Positions 31,087 through 43,705 of a stretch of 64,000 nt of DNA are shown here, piece after piece. The notes under the pieces were generated by a model. It did no database searches, was not told where the DNA came from, and saw nothing but the letters and a program-made list of their open reading frames with translations. The stretch covers positions 256,001-320,000 of the forward strand of contig CAVQQD010000002.1 of the NCBI GenBank assembly GCA_963714975.1, written 5' to 3'. The stretch is from an uncultured Gammaproteobacteria bacterium (lineage in GTDB: Bacteria; Pseudomonadota; Gammaproteobacteria; JAURND01). Both the position numbers and the translations under genes were made by a program. How positions within the stretch are numbered: position 1 is the first letter of the stretch; the number at the start of each line of letters is the position of its first letter.

Positions 31087-32766
31087 CTATTGTGTGGCTG
31101 CTACTGCAACCTCTTTGTGGCGAAATGCTAATCCTAATTGCAGGATTCGCTGAATATTTTTACTGCGCAAGATTTGCGCGTAATCACGATTGATAATTTG
31201 CCGCAGAGCTTCTTCAGCAGCTGCGGTTAATGAAGTATTGAGGTCGCGTACCGTTTTAAATTCCAAAACAATGCCTAACTGTGTAAGGTCTTTTGGGATG
31301 AGCATTACATCAAAACGCCCATAACCCCCTTCTTTATTTGACTGAATCTCATAAGTATCTTGCAAACTTATCATAAGTCCTAAAACAAAACCATGATAGA
31401 ATTTTTCTGGATTTAAGCCAGTGACATCAAAAAAACTTAGGGTGGTTCGTAAACAATCCTGCAAACGCAAAATAAATTCTTCCACTTTTCCCTGCACCAA
31501 ACTTTGTAAGAAGCTTTGATAATTGCTATAACCTAAACTGTCTGCAAACCAAGCTTGAATAATGCCGCGATACAAGGAAGAGATTTCTCGGTTAGGGGAA
31601 GCCAATTGTGCTTTGATACGATCATCTACTCGTGTTGTGCTTATAGCTTTTAGGTAGCCACTAAACAACATTAAATTCCAAAAGGCATTATTATCGCGAG
31701 CTAAATCAGCAAAGATGATAGTTTCTTCAATGACTGCTTCAATTGCCTTGCCTTTTAGCAACAATTCGAGATTTGCTTTGAGGGTGGCATCGCCTTGGGC
31801 CAATAAGTGTTTGATTAAATCATTACTGCTTGTGTTAACCCAAAATGGACGAAGCTCTCCTTGGGCATGAATGCATTGAACCATTGACCAGGGATTATAA
31901 ATGATAGTATTGCCACACTGATAACCATTGTACCAATCCCGGATGGCTTCCGACCTTGACTCTAAATGCGCTTCTTGTAACAGGGAAGCTACTTCTGTTT
32001 CAGTGAAGCCGAAATATTCGCTATATTGGGTCTGCAGCAGGGTATAGACTTGAATATTATTTAATCCCGAAAATAAACTTTCCTTGCTAATACGTAAAAT
32101 ACCGGTAATGACAGCTTTTTCTAAATAGGGATTGCTTTTTAACGCAGCGCCAAATAGACCGCGAATTAAGGAAATCATCTCATCATAATAATGATGCAAG
32201 AAAGCCGAGTGCATAGGGGTATCGTACTCGTCAATTAATAGCCAAGGGCTTTTTCCATAGTGTTGAAACAAATAGCGAGTTAAAGACGCCAAGGATTTTT
32301 CCAGTAAGCTTTGTTGGTTAGTTCCCCCTAAGATCGTATTAAAAAATTGCTTATCGGTAGCTTCTAAATGGGGGCTATGTAATAGGTAGCTATGTTCTCG
32401 ATAGACTTCAGCTAATAACAGCCCTAATTTTTCTTTGGCTATGTCAAAAGAATGATCGCGGACGTCTTTTAGTGTCAGGAAAATAACCGGGTATTGACCT
32501 TGGTGCTGCATGTATTTTTCACCTAAAGCAGCGATTTTTAAGCCGTCGAATAATCCTTGCGTAGATTTTCCATAAGCTTCTGCTGCCAAAAAGTAGTGCA
32601 ACATGGATAAATTTAAAGTCTTACCGAAGCGGCGGGGGCGGGTGATTACTGCTACGTTCGTACCTCTGTCATCCAGAATTTCTTGGATAAATAAACTTTT
32701 ATCGACAAAATCCAGTCGATAATCAATAAGTTTTCTAAAATTGTCATGGCCTAGGGGTAATAGCAT
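31087..32766 (-). CDS. AAA-ATPase-like plus PD-(D/E)XK nuclease protein
   Basis: TRPRRFGKT, LIDEYD, EKFYHGF, GRFDV..LEFK. Confidence 0.92.
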   Translation of the reverse strand: MLLPLGHDNFRKLIDYRLDFVDKSLFIQEILDDRGTNVAVITRPRRFGKTLNLSMLHYFLAAEAYGKSTQGLFDGLKIAALGEKYMQHQGQYPVIFLTLKDVRDHSFDIAKEKLGLLLAEVYREHSYLLHSPHLEATDKQFFNTILGGTNQQSLLEKSLASLTRYLFQHYGKSPWLLIDEYDTPMHSAFLHHYYDEMISLIRGLFGAALKSNPYLEKAVITGILRISKESLFSGLNNIQVYTLLQTQYSEYFGFTETEVASLLQEAHLESRSEAIRDWYNGYQCGNTIIYNPWSMVQCIHAQGELRPFWVNTSSNDLIKHLLAQGDATLKANLELLLKGKAIEAVIEETIIFADLARDNNAFWNLMLFSGYLKAISTTRVDDRIKAQLASPNREISSLYRGIIQAWFADSLGYSNYQSFLQSLVQGKVEEFILRLQDCLRTTLSFFDVTGLNPEKFYHGFVLGLMISLQDTYEIQSNKEGGYGRFDVMLIPKDLTQLGIVLEFKTVRDLNTSLTAAAEEALRQIINRDYAQILRSKNIQRILQLGLAFRHKEVAVAATQ

Positions 32767-33111
32767 GAAAAGCCTTATTAAATGAATTGAATGAATGAAT
32801 TTTAGCTTAAAGTTCTATGCGCTGTCACGATTCTCTTTCATTAGGGAAAACTGCACACATAACTTTGTAGGGACAAAAATAATTTAAGCAGAGCAGCGGA
32901 GCCCCCTGCGGGGATCCGCCTCCGTGGCACCTCCTCGGCCGATTTACCTACGGCCTCATCGCCCTGCTCAAGTGACGCCGGCATTATTCGTGCACGCTTC
33001 TGGGATCTTCTGACCGCAGTTTTAATTACACCCAGCGTTGACGCCTAGGTTGTCAGCAATTGCCTTACCTGGTTACAATACGGGCTTGAGCTATTCAGGA
33101 CCGACCCCTAA

Positions 33112-36100
33112 ATGCAACTAAAGACGATAAAATTAGCCGGATTTAAATCCTTTGTGGATCCCACCACGGTATTGCTGCAAAGCCATTTGACGGCTATTGT
33201 CGGCCCGAATGGCTGTGGCAAGTCGAATATTGTCGATGCTATTCGCTGGGTGATTGGCGAGAGTTCGGCCCGTCAATTGCGCGGCGAATTATTAACAGAC
33301 GTGATCTTTAATGGTACGGCAAGCCGCAAGCCGGTCAGTCAAGCTTCCATTGAATTGCTTTTTGATAACAGCCAAGGGCGTTGGGGAGGGGCTTATGCCC
33401 AGTATGGTCAAATAGCCATTCGGCGGGAAATTCTGCGGGATGGTCAATCGCAATTTTATCTGAACGGTAGTCACTGTCGCCGGCGCGATATTACTGATAT
33501 TTTCTTGGGCACCGGCCTTGGTGCTTCAAACTACGCGATCATTGAACAAGGGACGATCACCAAGTTCTTTGAGAGCAAGCCTGAAGAGTTGCGTGTCCAC
33601 TTAGAAGAAGCGGCCGGAATTTCCAAATATCGCGAACGTCGGCGTGAAACTGAAAATCGTATAAAAGCAACCCGCGAAAATCTCAGTCGCTTAAGTGACC
33701 TGCGTCAAGAAATTGCCAAGCAGCTTGAGCATCTAAAGCGCCAAGCGAATGCCGCCGAACGATATAAGGCTTTAAAACAAGAACAACGTGGTTATCGAGC
33801 ACAATGGCACGTCCTGCATTATCGAGCTATCAATCAGCAGCTTCAGGAAAAACAGCAAGTGCTGCAAGTCCAAGCTACTCAATTAGAAGCCAAGATGGCT
33901 GACTACCGCCGGTATGAACGTGATATCGAAGTGGAGCGTGCTGAACAAAATTCTGCCAATGAAGCGGCCAATGCGGTGCAAGCGCAGTTCTATGCCCTGG
34001 GCGCCGATATTGCTCGCCAAGAACAGAGCATTACCCATATTCAAGAACGTGAGCGGCAATTGACTGCAGACATCCGGCAGCTTGAGCAAGCTTGGCAAGA
34101 AGCCGACGCCGCGCTGCATGAAGACCAAGCGCAATTAGAGAATTTGGAGTTAGAGCTTGAGGCATTGCGTCCGCAACGCGAGCAAACTAGGGCAGTTGCA
34201 GAGCAGGCTCAAGCCAAGCTGCAGCAAGCGGAAAATCAATTAGCGATTTGGCAAGAACAATGGGAGCAGTTTCAAACTGAGACGGCGCAAATCAATCAAC
34301 AGGCGCAGGTGGAACAAACTCGCTTGCAGCATTTAAGCCAAAGGCAACAAAGCTTGGAACGAAACCTTGCCCGCGCCCAAGAGCAAATGCAAGCGCCTGG
34401 GTTAATTAGCTTGCCTGGCGAAATCACTCAACTGGCCGAGCAAACCTCGCAACAAAAACAACAGCTGGATGAGGTTCAGGCGGCTTTAAACGCACTAAAT
34501 GAGCAGATCCAACTCCAGCGCCAAACCAATCGTCAAGCAGAGTTGACGCGTGAACAAAGCCGACAAACCTGGCACCAATTGCTACAGCAACAAACCTCGC
34601 TTGAGGCTTTGCAACAAGCAGCCCTGGGTAAAAGCGAAGCTAACCTCAGTGAATGGTTGAAACAACAAGGTTGGCAGGATAAGCCACGATTATTGGAAAG
34701 TTTAAGGGTTCAAGCAGGATGGGAAGATGCAGTGGAAACCGTGTTGGCGGCGTATTTAGAGGCTATTTGTGTCGACACTGCTGCAGACATCCATCATGCA
34801 GTTGCGCAGTTTACGGAGGGTAAGTTAGCGCTATTCAATCCCCAATACCAGCCCAACTTGCCGCCTAGCCAGGTGCAAGCGGTTGCCCTCGCTAATAAGA
34901 TTCAAACTCCAGATTCGATTCGGCATTTATTAGCGGGTATCTATGCGGCAGAGACCTTGGCTGAAGCTTTGGATTTAACTGCTGTGCTTGCCGCACACGA
35001 ATCGGTGATCACCAAAGAAGGCTACTGGCTTGGCGCTACTTGGCTGCGCTTCAACAAAAACCATGATCCGCATCAGGGTGTTTTGCAGCGTAAACAAGCA
35101 TTAGAAAACTTAAATCCGCAAATTCAACAACAGGAACAGCAGCTACAGGAAGCAGAACATCGCTGTCGTGCCGGCCAGGAAACCTTGGCGAAGTTAGAGG
35201 AGCAACGTGACAGCAACCAGCGCTTATTTCGAGAACTTTCTGCTCAATATCATCAACTGCATGCGCAGTGGCAGAGCAAGCAAACGCAGCTGGAACAATT
35301 GCAAAAACGCTATCATGGCTTGCAGCAAGAATGCCAAGAACAGCAACGGCAGCTGCTGGAAACCCAGGCAGAATTAGCCCTAGCGCAACAAAACCTGGAA
35401 CAGGCTTTAGCCCAACAAGCTAAAGTGAGTGCTACTCAGCAATTTTTAGTCCAACGTCGCGATAGTTTAAGGCAAGCCTTGCAGCAGTGTCGTCAGCAGG
35501 CGCAGACTGATAAACAGGTCGCCGATGAACATCAAGTGCGTGTATCCTCTTTAGAAAGCCAATATCACTATTTGCAACAAAATATTGTGCGGGCGCAGAA
35601 ACAATTGTCGCAACTGACAGAACGTCGCGAGGATATCACGACGCGTTTTACCGAACTTAAGCAACCTTTGCCACAATTGCAGGAGAGTTTGCAAGCCTTG
35701 TTAACTCAACGCCTAGAGGTGGAAAAAACCTTAGCTAATGCTAGAGAAAACGTTAATCAACTCAACCAGAAATTGCGCAGCTTAGACACCTTGCGCGTGC
35801 AAACTGAAAGCGAAGTTCAGGCAATTCGAGAGATTTTAGCGCAAATTCGCATTGATCAAGGCAGCTTGCAAGCCCACCAAGAAAATCACCGTGAGCAAGT
35901 TCTGGCTCTAGATTTTGCTATCGAACCGGTCTTAGCAGAACTGCCCGAGGAAGCCAATCTCGATGCCTGGCAGGAGCGGCTGAATCAAATTGAGGACCGG
36001 ATTCGGCGTCTGGGTGCTATTAACTTAGCCGCAATTGATGAATATAATGTAGCCCAAGAACGTAAGACTTATTTAGATAGTCAAGATCAGGATTTATCAG

Positions 36101-36624
36101 AGGCATTGGCTACTCTTGAAGAAGCTATCCGCAAAATCGATCGTGAATCGCGGGAACGGCTGCAAGCAACTTTTGATCGTGCCAACGCCGGATTTAAAGA
36201 GCTTTTTACTAAAGTATTTGAAGGAGGCCATGCCGAATTAGAATTAACTGGAGATGAGCTGCTCAATGCGGGGGTGGTGATTCGTGCCCAACCGCCTGGG
36301 AAGCGCAACGCCCTACTGCACTTGCTTTCCGGTGGAGAAAAGGCCCTGACCGCAATTGCTCTGGTATTTGCCTTATTCCAGCTTAATCCTGCGCCTTTTT
36401 GCGTATTAGATGAAGTTGATGCCCCTCTGGATGAAGCAAATGTGCGACGTTTTTGTCGTTTAGTGGAATCGATGTCTGCTAGCGTACAATTTATTTTTAT
36501 TACGCATAACAAGGTGACGATGGAAATGGCTAAGCAGTTAATTGGCATTACCATGCAAGAGCCAGGGGTTTCACGTTTAGTATCGGTGGATATTGATCAA
36601 GCCATAGCGATGGCGGATTCTTAA
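33112..36624 (+). CDS. smc: Chromosome segregation protein SMC
   Basis: GFKSF, GPNGCGKSN, coiled coils, LSGGE, LDEVDAPLD. Confidence 0.98.
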   Translation: MQLKTIKLAGFKSFVDPTTVLLQSHLTAIVGPNGCGKSNIVDAIRWVIGESSARQLRGELLTDVIFNGTASRKPVSQASIELLFDNSQGRWGGAYAQYGQIAIRREILRDGQSQFYLNGSHCRRRDITDIFLGTGLGASNYAIIEQGTITKFFESKPEELRVHLEEAAGISKYRERRRETENRIKATRENLSRLSDLRQEIAKQLEHLKRQANAAERYKALKQEQRGYRAQWHVLHYRAINQQLQEKQQVLQVQATQLEAKMADYRRYERDIEVERAEQNSANEAANAVQAQFYALGADIARQEQSITHIQERERQLTADIRQLEQAWQEADAALHEDQAQLENLELELEALRPQREQTRAVAEQAQAKLQQAENQLAIWQEQWEQFQTETAQINQQAQVEQTRLQHLSQRQQSLERNLARAQEQMQAPGLISLPGEITQLAEQTSQQKQQLDEVQAALNALNEQIQLQRQTNRQAELTREQSRQTWHQLLQQQTSLEALQQAALGKSEANLSEWLKQQGWQDKPRLLESLRVQAGWEDAVETVLAAYLEAICVDTAADIHHAVAQFTEGKLALFNPQYQPNLPPSQVQAVALANKIQTPDSIRHLLAGIYAAETLAEALDLTAVLAAHESVITKEGYWLGATWLRFNKNHDPHQGVLQRKQALENLNPQIQQQEQQLQEAEHRCRAGQETLAKLEEQRDSNQRLFRELSAQYHQLHAQWQSKQTQLEQLQKRYHGLQQECQEQQRQLLETQAELALAQQNLEQALAQQAKVSATQQFLVQRRDSLRQALQQCRQQAQTDKQVADEHQVRVSSLESQYHYLQQNIVRAQKQLSQLTERREDITTRFTELKQPLPQLQESLQALLTQRLEVEKTLANARENVNQLNQKLRSLDTLRVQTESEVQAIREILAQIRIDQGSLQAHQENHREQVLALDFAIEPVLAELPEEANLDAWQERLNQIEDRIRRLGAINLAAIDEYNVAQERKTYLDSQDQDLSEALATLEEAIRKIDRESRERLQATFDRANAGFKELFTKVFEGGHAELELTGDELLNAGVVIRAQPPGKRNALLHLLSGGEKALTAIALVFALFQLNPAPFCVLDEVDAPLDEANVRRFCRLVESMSASVQFIFITHNKVTMEMAKQLIGITMQEPGVSRLVSVDIDQAIAMADS

Positions 36625-36636
36625 AAGGAGGTAATT

Positions 36637-37279
36637 ATGAGTTACATTATTTTACTGGTTTTATTAGTGGTGGTAGGTTTTAGCATCTACCGTGCTTCAG
36701 TGCAAAGAACCCTGTCGACCCGCAAGCACCAAGAACCTAGTTTTGGACTGGGCAATGGCGATGAATTCAATGACCTCAACGACAAAGAGGAGTGGGTAGG
36801 CCCGGTTCGCTATGTCACGCAACCCAAATCTGCTACCGCAAATGCTCCGAGCAAGCCAATAGATCTCAATGATTTCATTATCATCCACCTCTTTGCCGAA
36901 CCCGGAAAATTTTATGGTGGTTATGAATTGTTACAAGCGTTGCTTTCTTGTGGCTTACGTCATAACAATAAAAGAGACATTTTTCATTCCCACGCCACTG
37001 CCCCAGGCCAAGGCCCAGAATTATTTAGCTTAGTTTCGGCGGTAGAACCGGGTATTTTCGATCTCTCCAAAATCAGCAGTTTTTCCACGCCGGGATTGAC
37101 CTTATATCTGCAAATTTCAGCGGTTAAAAATCCTAGTGAAGCCTTAGCGCAAATGATTGAAGCCGCAAAAGACTTAGCAAATCATCTGGGGGGAGAGGTC
37201 TTCGATGCAAAACGGGAACCGTTAAGTGTCGAAAAAATGGCGCAATTGCAACAGCTGGTCACTCAAAAGGCACAAGTTT

Positions 37280-37290
<11 letters not shown>
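36637..37290 (+). CDS. zipA: Cell division protein ZipA
   Basis: N-terminal TM plus C-terminal FtsZ-binding-type domain (FSLVSAVEPGIFD, TPGL); smc-zipA-ligA order. Confidence 0.85.
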
Positions 37291-39728
<2,438 letters not shown>

Positions 39729-39790
39729 TTTTTACACACAAAGGATGGTGAATGATTACAAAATTTTAAACAATCAACGAATGAACAACC

Positions 39791-40339
39791 ATGAGAATCA
39801 CCGAAGAACAAAAACCCCTTTTAACCAACTATTTTAAAAAATTATTTCCCCAAAGCAAGAGTGTGACGTTTATAAATAATTCTGAAGGAGAGATCGTGGG
39901 TGTGTCTATTTTTTATGGCGAAAAGCATGCAGCGTTGCAACAAGAACTCCCTATATTAGAAAAAAAACTTGCCTCACTGTATCCCAATCAGGAGCAACAA
40001 CCCCAGATCAAAATTGGTACGGGTGAAACATTTCGCCATCTTACTGTGCGTAATTCTGACGCAATGGCTCGCTTTTACCAGGATGCTCTGGCACAACAAC
40101 AAGCGATTCAAGATAATAATAAACAGTGGAAAAAAGGGGTATTGGCTTTTCTTGGAGCTTCATGCCAGAGGAATAGCAGTTCCTCGGCCTATGGCAAGTT
40201 TTTTCATCACCCCAATTTCGAAAAGAAGCTGATTGAAAAACATATTCTACCCTTTGGATTATACCCAACCTCTGTAGGGGGGGGGGGAATAATCCCCCCC
40301 TTTTTCAAAGGGGGGGATTTCGGTTTTCTAATTGAATAG
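39791..40339 (+). CDS. Hypothetical protein (effector candidate), REP-derived tail
   Basis: 182-aa ORF; tail IIPPFFKGGDF encoded by the palindrome at 40290-40320. Confidence 0.6.
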   Translation: MRITEEQKPLLTNYFKKLFPQSKSVTFINNSEGEIVGVSIFYGEKHAALQQELPILEKKLASLYPNQEQQPQIKIGTGETFRHLTVRNSDAMARFYQDALAQQQAIQDNNKQWKKGVLAFLGASCQRNSSSSAYGKFFHHPNFEKKLIEKHILPFGLYPTSVGGGGIIPPFFKGGDFGFLIE

Positions 40340-42151
40340 AAGGGTCCTCTCAGGGACCGTCTGCGGATCTTGAGCAATTTGCTGCAGCAAGGCCTGGGAT
40401 TCTGGAACATTGGTCTTTTGCAATAATTGCCGTGCCGTAACTCCAAACATATTAGGCAGGTCGACTTTAGCTTGGGCTGAAATCAAGGCCTCAGCAACTT
40501 CAAAGTCGTTTTGCCTGATAGCCATATGCAATGGGGTATCTCCAAAGGTATTTGCGATGTTTATATCCGCGCCTTTTTCGATGATTGATTCTATTAATTC
40601 AGGATTTTCAGCCTTCGCGATCAATAAGTGTAAGGCAGTATTGCCATGATTATCTTGAAGGTCGAGATTCACTGTGTTCGAATTTATAAGTCTGGTTAAT
40701 TCCTTCATGTCGTCTTGATAAATAGCCTGATGCAGCAACAATGGGGCTTTTTTCAGGTGCTGAACCGGATTTTTTTTCACCTCCTCCTTTTGAGGTTTTG
40801 GTGCAGGTTTAAAATGGGATAATAAACCCTGATAAGTTGATTTAGACTCAGTTGGGGGTGTGGCTTTTTTTAACTTATCCTCCTTGGCAAGAGTTCCTTG
40901 GGAAAATTCAAGGAGATCAGTCACATGAGGCAAAATTGTTTTCTCAGCCGCTTGATATTGGTCCGCGCCGAGTACCGTGCTAAGCAAAACTTTATGGGTC
41001 TGCATTTGTTCATACACGGCCAGCTTTTCTAGTGGGGGCATCCGCTTCAACTCTTGGGCAAAAGAGAAGGGATACTCTTGGGTAATTAAATACTTTAGAT
41101 CCCATAATCCTGCTTCAATGACTTGCAGCTGAGCTCGAGCAACGACCTTTTGTTGCTCTTTTTCAGTCGAAGGAGCTCCTTCATAAGCCTGGGTCAAATT
41201 AGCAAAAGCTCGATAAAAATCTGCTACTTCCGCCATAGTCGGCCTTTGCTTTGGATTTAAATTTTCCGTACGCGCGATAAAGTGAGTGAGCACATCTCGA
41301 TCCTCAGCTGACATGCCTTGTGGAAGATCAAGTAAGCCCGCTTTAGCAAAGGGACTTCTAATGTGCGCGCGTTTTACTGCATCGCTAGCATTTTTATTAA
41401 AGCGCTTATTAGCTAAGGGATCAGGAACTCGGAGTAAATATAAGGCAATATTATTCATCATATAAACGTCGGTAGCCAAGCCGATTTTAGGTCTACCATC
41501 TGCAGAACCTAGCCTGGTTGCTTCGGGAGCATAATAGGTCGCGTTTCTATTGCTTTTCAATTCTTTTAAATTTTGCGGATTGGGTAGTGTGTCCGCGAAA
41601 CTAAAATCGATGATGCGCAGAGTAGGTGGGGATTTGCTGAGGTTAACGATTACGTTGTCGTTTTTTAGGTCAAAATGACCCACATCATTTTCATGCAGGA
41701 GTTTAAGTTGCTCTGCCAACTCGGCAACTAGATGCAATCGATCAGCAGGACTAAGCTGATCTAATGCTCCTTGTGATATTTTATAAAGCGGCTTACCTTC
41801 AAATAAGGGTTTAAAAATAAACTTGCCGCCGCTGGGAAACTGCTTTGAGCTTTGAGTAAATTGTTTTACCTCATTCGCATCAACCGGTTTAAACCATTCC
41901 GACTCACCATATAATAGTTTTTCTGCTTCCCATTCCCTTGGTAAAAACTGAGTTTTATCTTTAATATATTTAATCCCAAACGGTTGTTGACCTCCTTCCG
42001 AATAAATCGCATAGTGGAAACTACCGAAGGAACCCTCACCCATTGCGTTTGGGTCAACGGCAAAAGTCTTGCCTGAAGGGTGTTTTATTATTATGGGGTT
42101 GATGATTGCTTTGGTTTTAGGCACGAATTTTGAGACTTTTTGGTCTGACAT
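40328..42151 (-). CDS. Eukaryotic-like Ser/Thr kinase with C-terminal ankyrin repeats
   Basis: GEGSFG, IK, HFDLKNDN, DFS, APE, DVY; GNTALH and GDTPLH ankyrins. Confidence 0.9.
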   Translation of the reverse strand: MSDQKVSKFVPKTKAIINPIIIKHPSGKTFAVDPNAMGEGSFGSFHYAIYSEGGQQPFGIKYIKDKTQFLPREWEAEKLLYGESEWFKPVDANEVKQFTQSSKQFPSGGKFIFKPLFEGKPLYKISQGALDQLSPADRLHLVAELAEQLKLLHENDVGHFDLKNDNVIVNLSKSPPTLRIIDFSFADTLPNPQNLKELKSNRNATYYAPEATRLGSADGRPKIGLATDVYMMNNIALYLLRVPDPLANKRFNKNASDAVKRAHIRSPFAKAGLLDLPQGMSAEDRDVLTHFIARTENLNPKQRPTMAEVADFYRAFANLTQAYEGAPSTEKEQQKVVARAQLQVIEAGLWDLKYLITQEYPFSFAQELKRMPPLEKLAVYEQMQTHKVLLSTVLGADQYQAAEKTILPHVTDLLEFSQGTLAKEDKLKKATPPTESKSTYQGLLSHFKPAPKPQKEEVKKNPVQHLKKAPLLLHQAIYQDDMKELTRLINSNTVNLDLQDNHGNTALHLLIAKAENPELIESIIEKGADINIANTFGDTPLHMAIRQNDFEVAEALISAQAKVDLPNMFGVTARQLLQKTNVPESQALLQQIAQDPQTVPERTLLFN

Positions 42152-42190
42152 ATATTTATCCTATGTATTTCCGTCATCTTGCGGCTATTT

Positions 42191-42236
42191 CTGGATCCCG
42201 CGGATGATCCCGGATCAAGTCCGGGAGCGGGACGAC
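42191..42236 (-). repeat. RPE-like nested palindrome
   Basis: Reverse complement GTCGTCCCGCTCCCGGACTTGATCCGGGATCATCCGCGGGATCCAG matches 59882-59929. Confidence 0.82.
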
Positions 42237-42254
42237 AGAAATAAATAAAGATAT

Positions 42255-42287
42255 AATGTAACACAAAATTATTAAATTAATATTAAA
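42255..42287 (-). promoter_or_regulatory. PmrA-type box plus -10 for the kinase gene
   Basis: TTTAATATT-aa-TTTAATAAT-N7-TACATT. Confidence 0.6.
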
Positions 42288-42288
42288 C

Positions 42289-43131
42289 ATGGTTATAAAA
42301 TACATGAATTTTACAAAATATTTCCTTTACTGCAGCGGCATATTGTTACTGACTGCTCAAGCTAGCACTCCTTTAAACTCAGAGCTGCAGCATTTGCAGC
42401 AAGCTTACCCTCAGAGCTTAACCCCAGAAATTATCCAAACTCTGGCCGATGAAAATAAGCCAAAACCCAATCGATCTTGGGAAGAAAAATTACGCGATCC
42501 CTCACTAATGGATCAAATCCACGCGGTAAATTATCCGCTTGGCAAGATTGATCTGAACTCAGTATTCATGGCTAAACACGACCCAGGACGCATTCGCTTT
42601 CAGCCTTTGTTTGAAGCAATGTATGGTCATGATGAAAAGGAGGTTCGCGCTCATTTGACTACAGTTGCTTGGATGCCCCAGGTGTTTAAAAAGCCTGACG
42701 GCAGTCCTCGGTATCAAATTCGAGCGACGACTATTAATGGTGTGGCAGAAAAATTAACGCAAATTTCTACGGAATTAGAATCTTTGGTGCGCATTCACCC
42801 TGAATATATTCCCTATCTTGATCTTGGTGACGCAGGTGGAGTGTTCAGCTGGCGAAAAATTGCCAACAGCAACCGCATCAGTGTCCATAGCTTTGGCATT
42901 GCGATGGACATTAATCCCCAAGCGCCTTATAGCGATTATTGGCAATATGGTTTAAAGAAAAATGAGGTTCTGGACCATCGAGGGCGTGAAAACTCTCAGC
43001 TGGCTCATTATGCGCGATATATCACCCCCTGGCCTATCGTGTTAATTTTTGAAAAATATAAATTTATTTGGGGTGGGAAATGGTATCACTATGACACCAT
43101 GCACTTTGAATATCGACCGGAGTTGTTTTAG
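42289..43131 (+). CDS. M15-family metallopeptidase (peptidoglycan peptidase)
   Basis: Signal peptide, SVHSFGIAMD, WGGKW..DTMHFEY. Confidence 0.88.
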   Translation: MVIKYMNFTKYFLYCSGILLLTAQASTPLNSELQHLQQAYPQSLTPEIIQTLADENKPKPNRSWEEKLRDPSLMDQIHAVNYPLGKIDLNSVFMAKHDPGRIRFQPLFEAMYGHDEKEVRAHLTTVAWMPQVFKKPDGSPRYQIRATTINGVAEKLTQISTELESLVRIHPEYIPYLDLGDAGGVFSWRKIANSNRISVHSFGIAMDINPQAPYSDYWQYGLKKNEVLDHRGRENSQLAHYARYITPWPIVLIFEKYKFIWGGKWYHYDTMHFEYRPELF

Positions 43132-43139
43132 CTCCTAAG

Positions 43140-43188
43140 TCCCCTCTCCCCCGCCTGAGCGTTAGCGAAGGAGGGCGCGCGGGAAAAG
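43140..43188 (+). repeat. REP, CCCTCTCCCCCGC family (degenerate)
   Basis: TCCCCTCTCCCCCGCCTGAGCGTTAGCGAAGG... Confidence 0.65.
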
Positions 43189-43205
43189 GCAATAATAGCA
43201 AGCGG

Positions 43206-43613
43206 CTACTGAATGTTGGGATTACTAGGATTTAAAGAAGGAGAGGCATTATCCGGCGGCGCAGAACGTCTCGTTAAAGACTTGCGGGCTTCATTCGCTT
43301 TGCTCAACACATACCCTGCGACCAACAATATGATGAAATACTGGAGAAAAATATAACCAGCTTTTTCCCAGCCAGCAGAGCTACTCAAGCTAGAAGATCC
43401 GTTCACATAATTTCTTAGTAAACTGTCACTATCCAACCCCAGCTTAAAATTATCCGTAATAGGTAATATCATATCTCCTACTGGATCAGAACCGAAGCTC
43501 GCAGCAGCTATATCTGGATCAAACGTCGAAGCGACCGCGCCCCCAACGGCAGCTATCCCTAGCTTGCCCATGTGCCTTTTGAACCATGAAGGCTGATTTG
43601 AGGAGTTTGGCAT
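43206..43613 (-). CDS. Small 2-TM protein
   Basis: Two hydrophobic segments around GDM..LGLDSDSLL; SD aaggt. Confidence 0.72.
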   Translation of the reverse strand: MPNSSNQPSWFKRHMGKLGIAAVGGAVASTFDPDIAAASFGSDPVGDMILPITDNFKLGLDSDSLLRNYVNGSSSLSSSAGWEKAGYIFLQYFIILLVAGYVLSKANEARKSLTRRSAPPDNASPSLNPSNPNIQ

Positions 43614-43705
43614 ATAACGAACCTTTCATACAATAGTCTATATTAATTCCCTGACAGCCTACCTTTGGCTGCCAGGGAGATAATGGACGATAAATTTTTT
43701 ATCAA

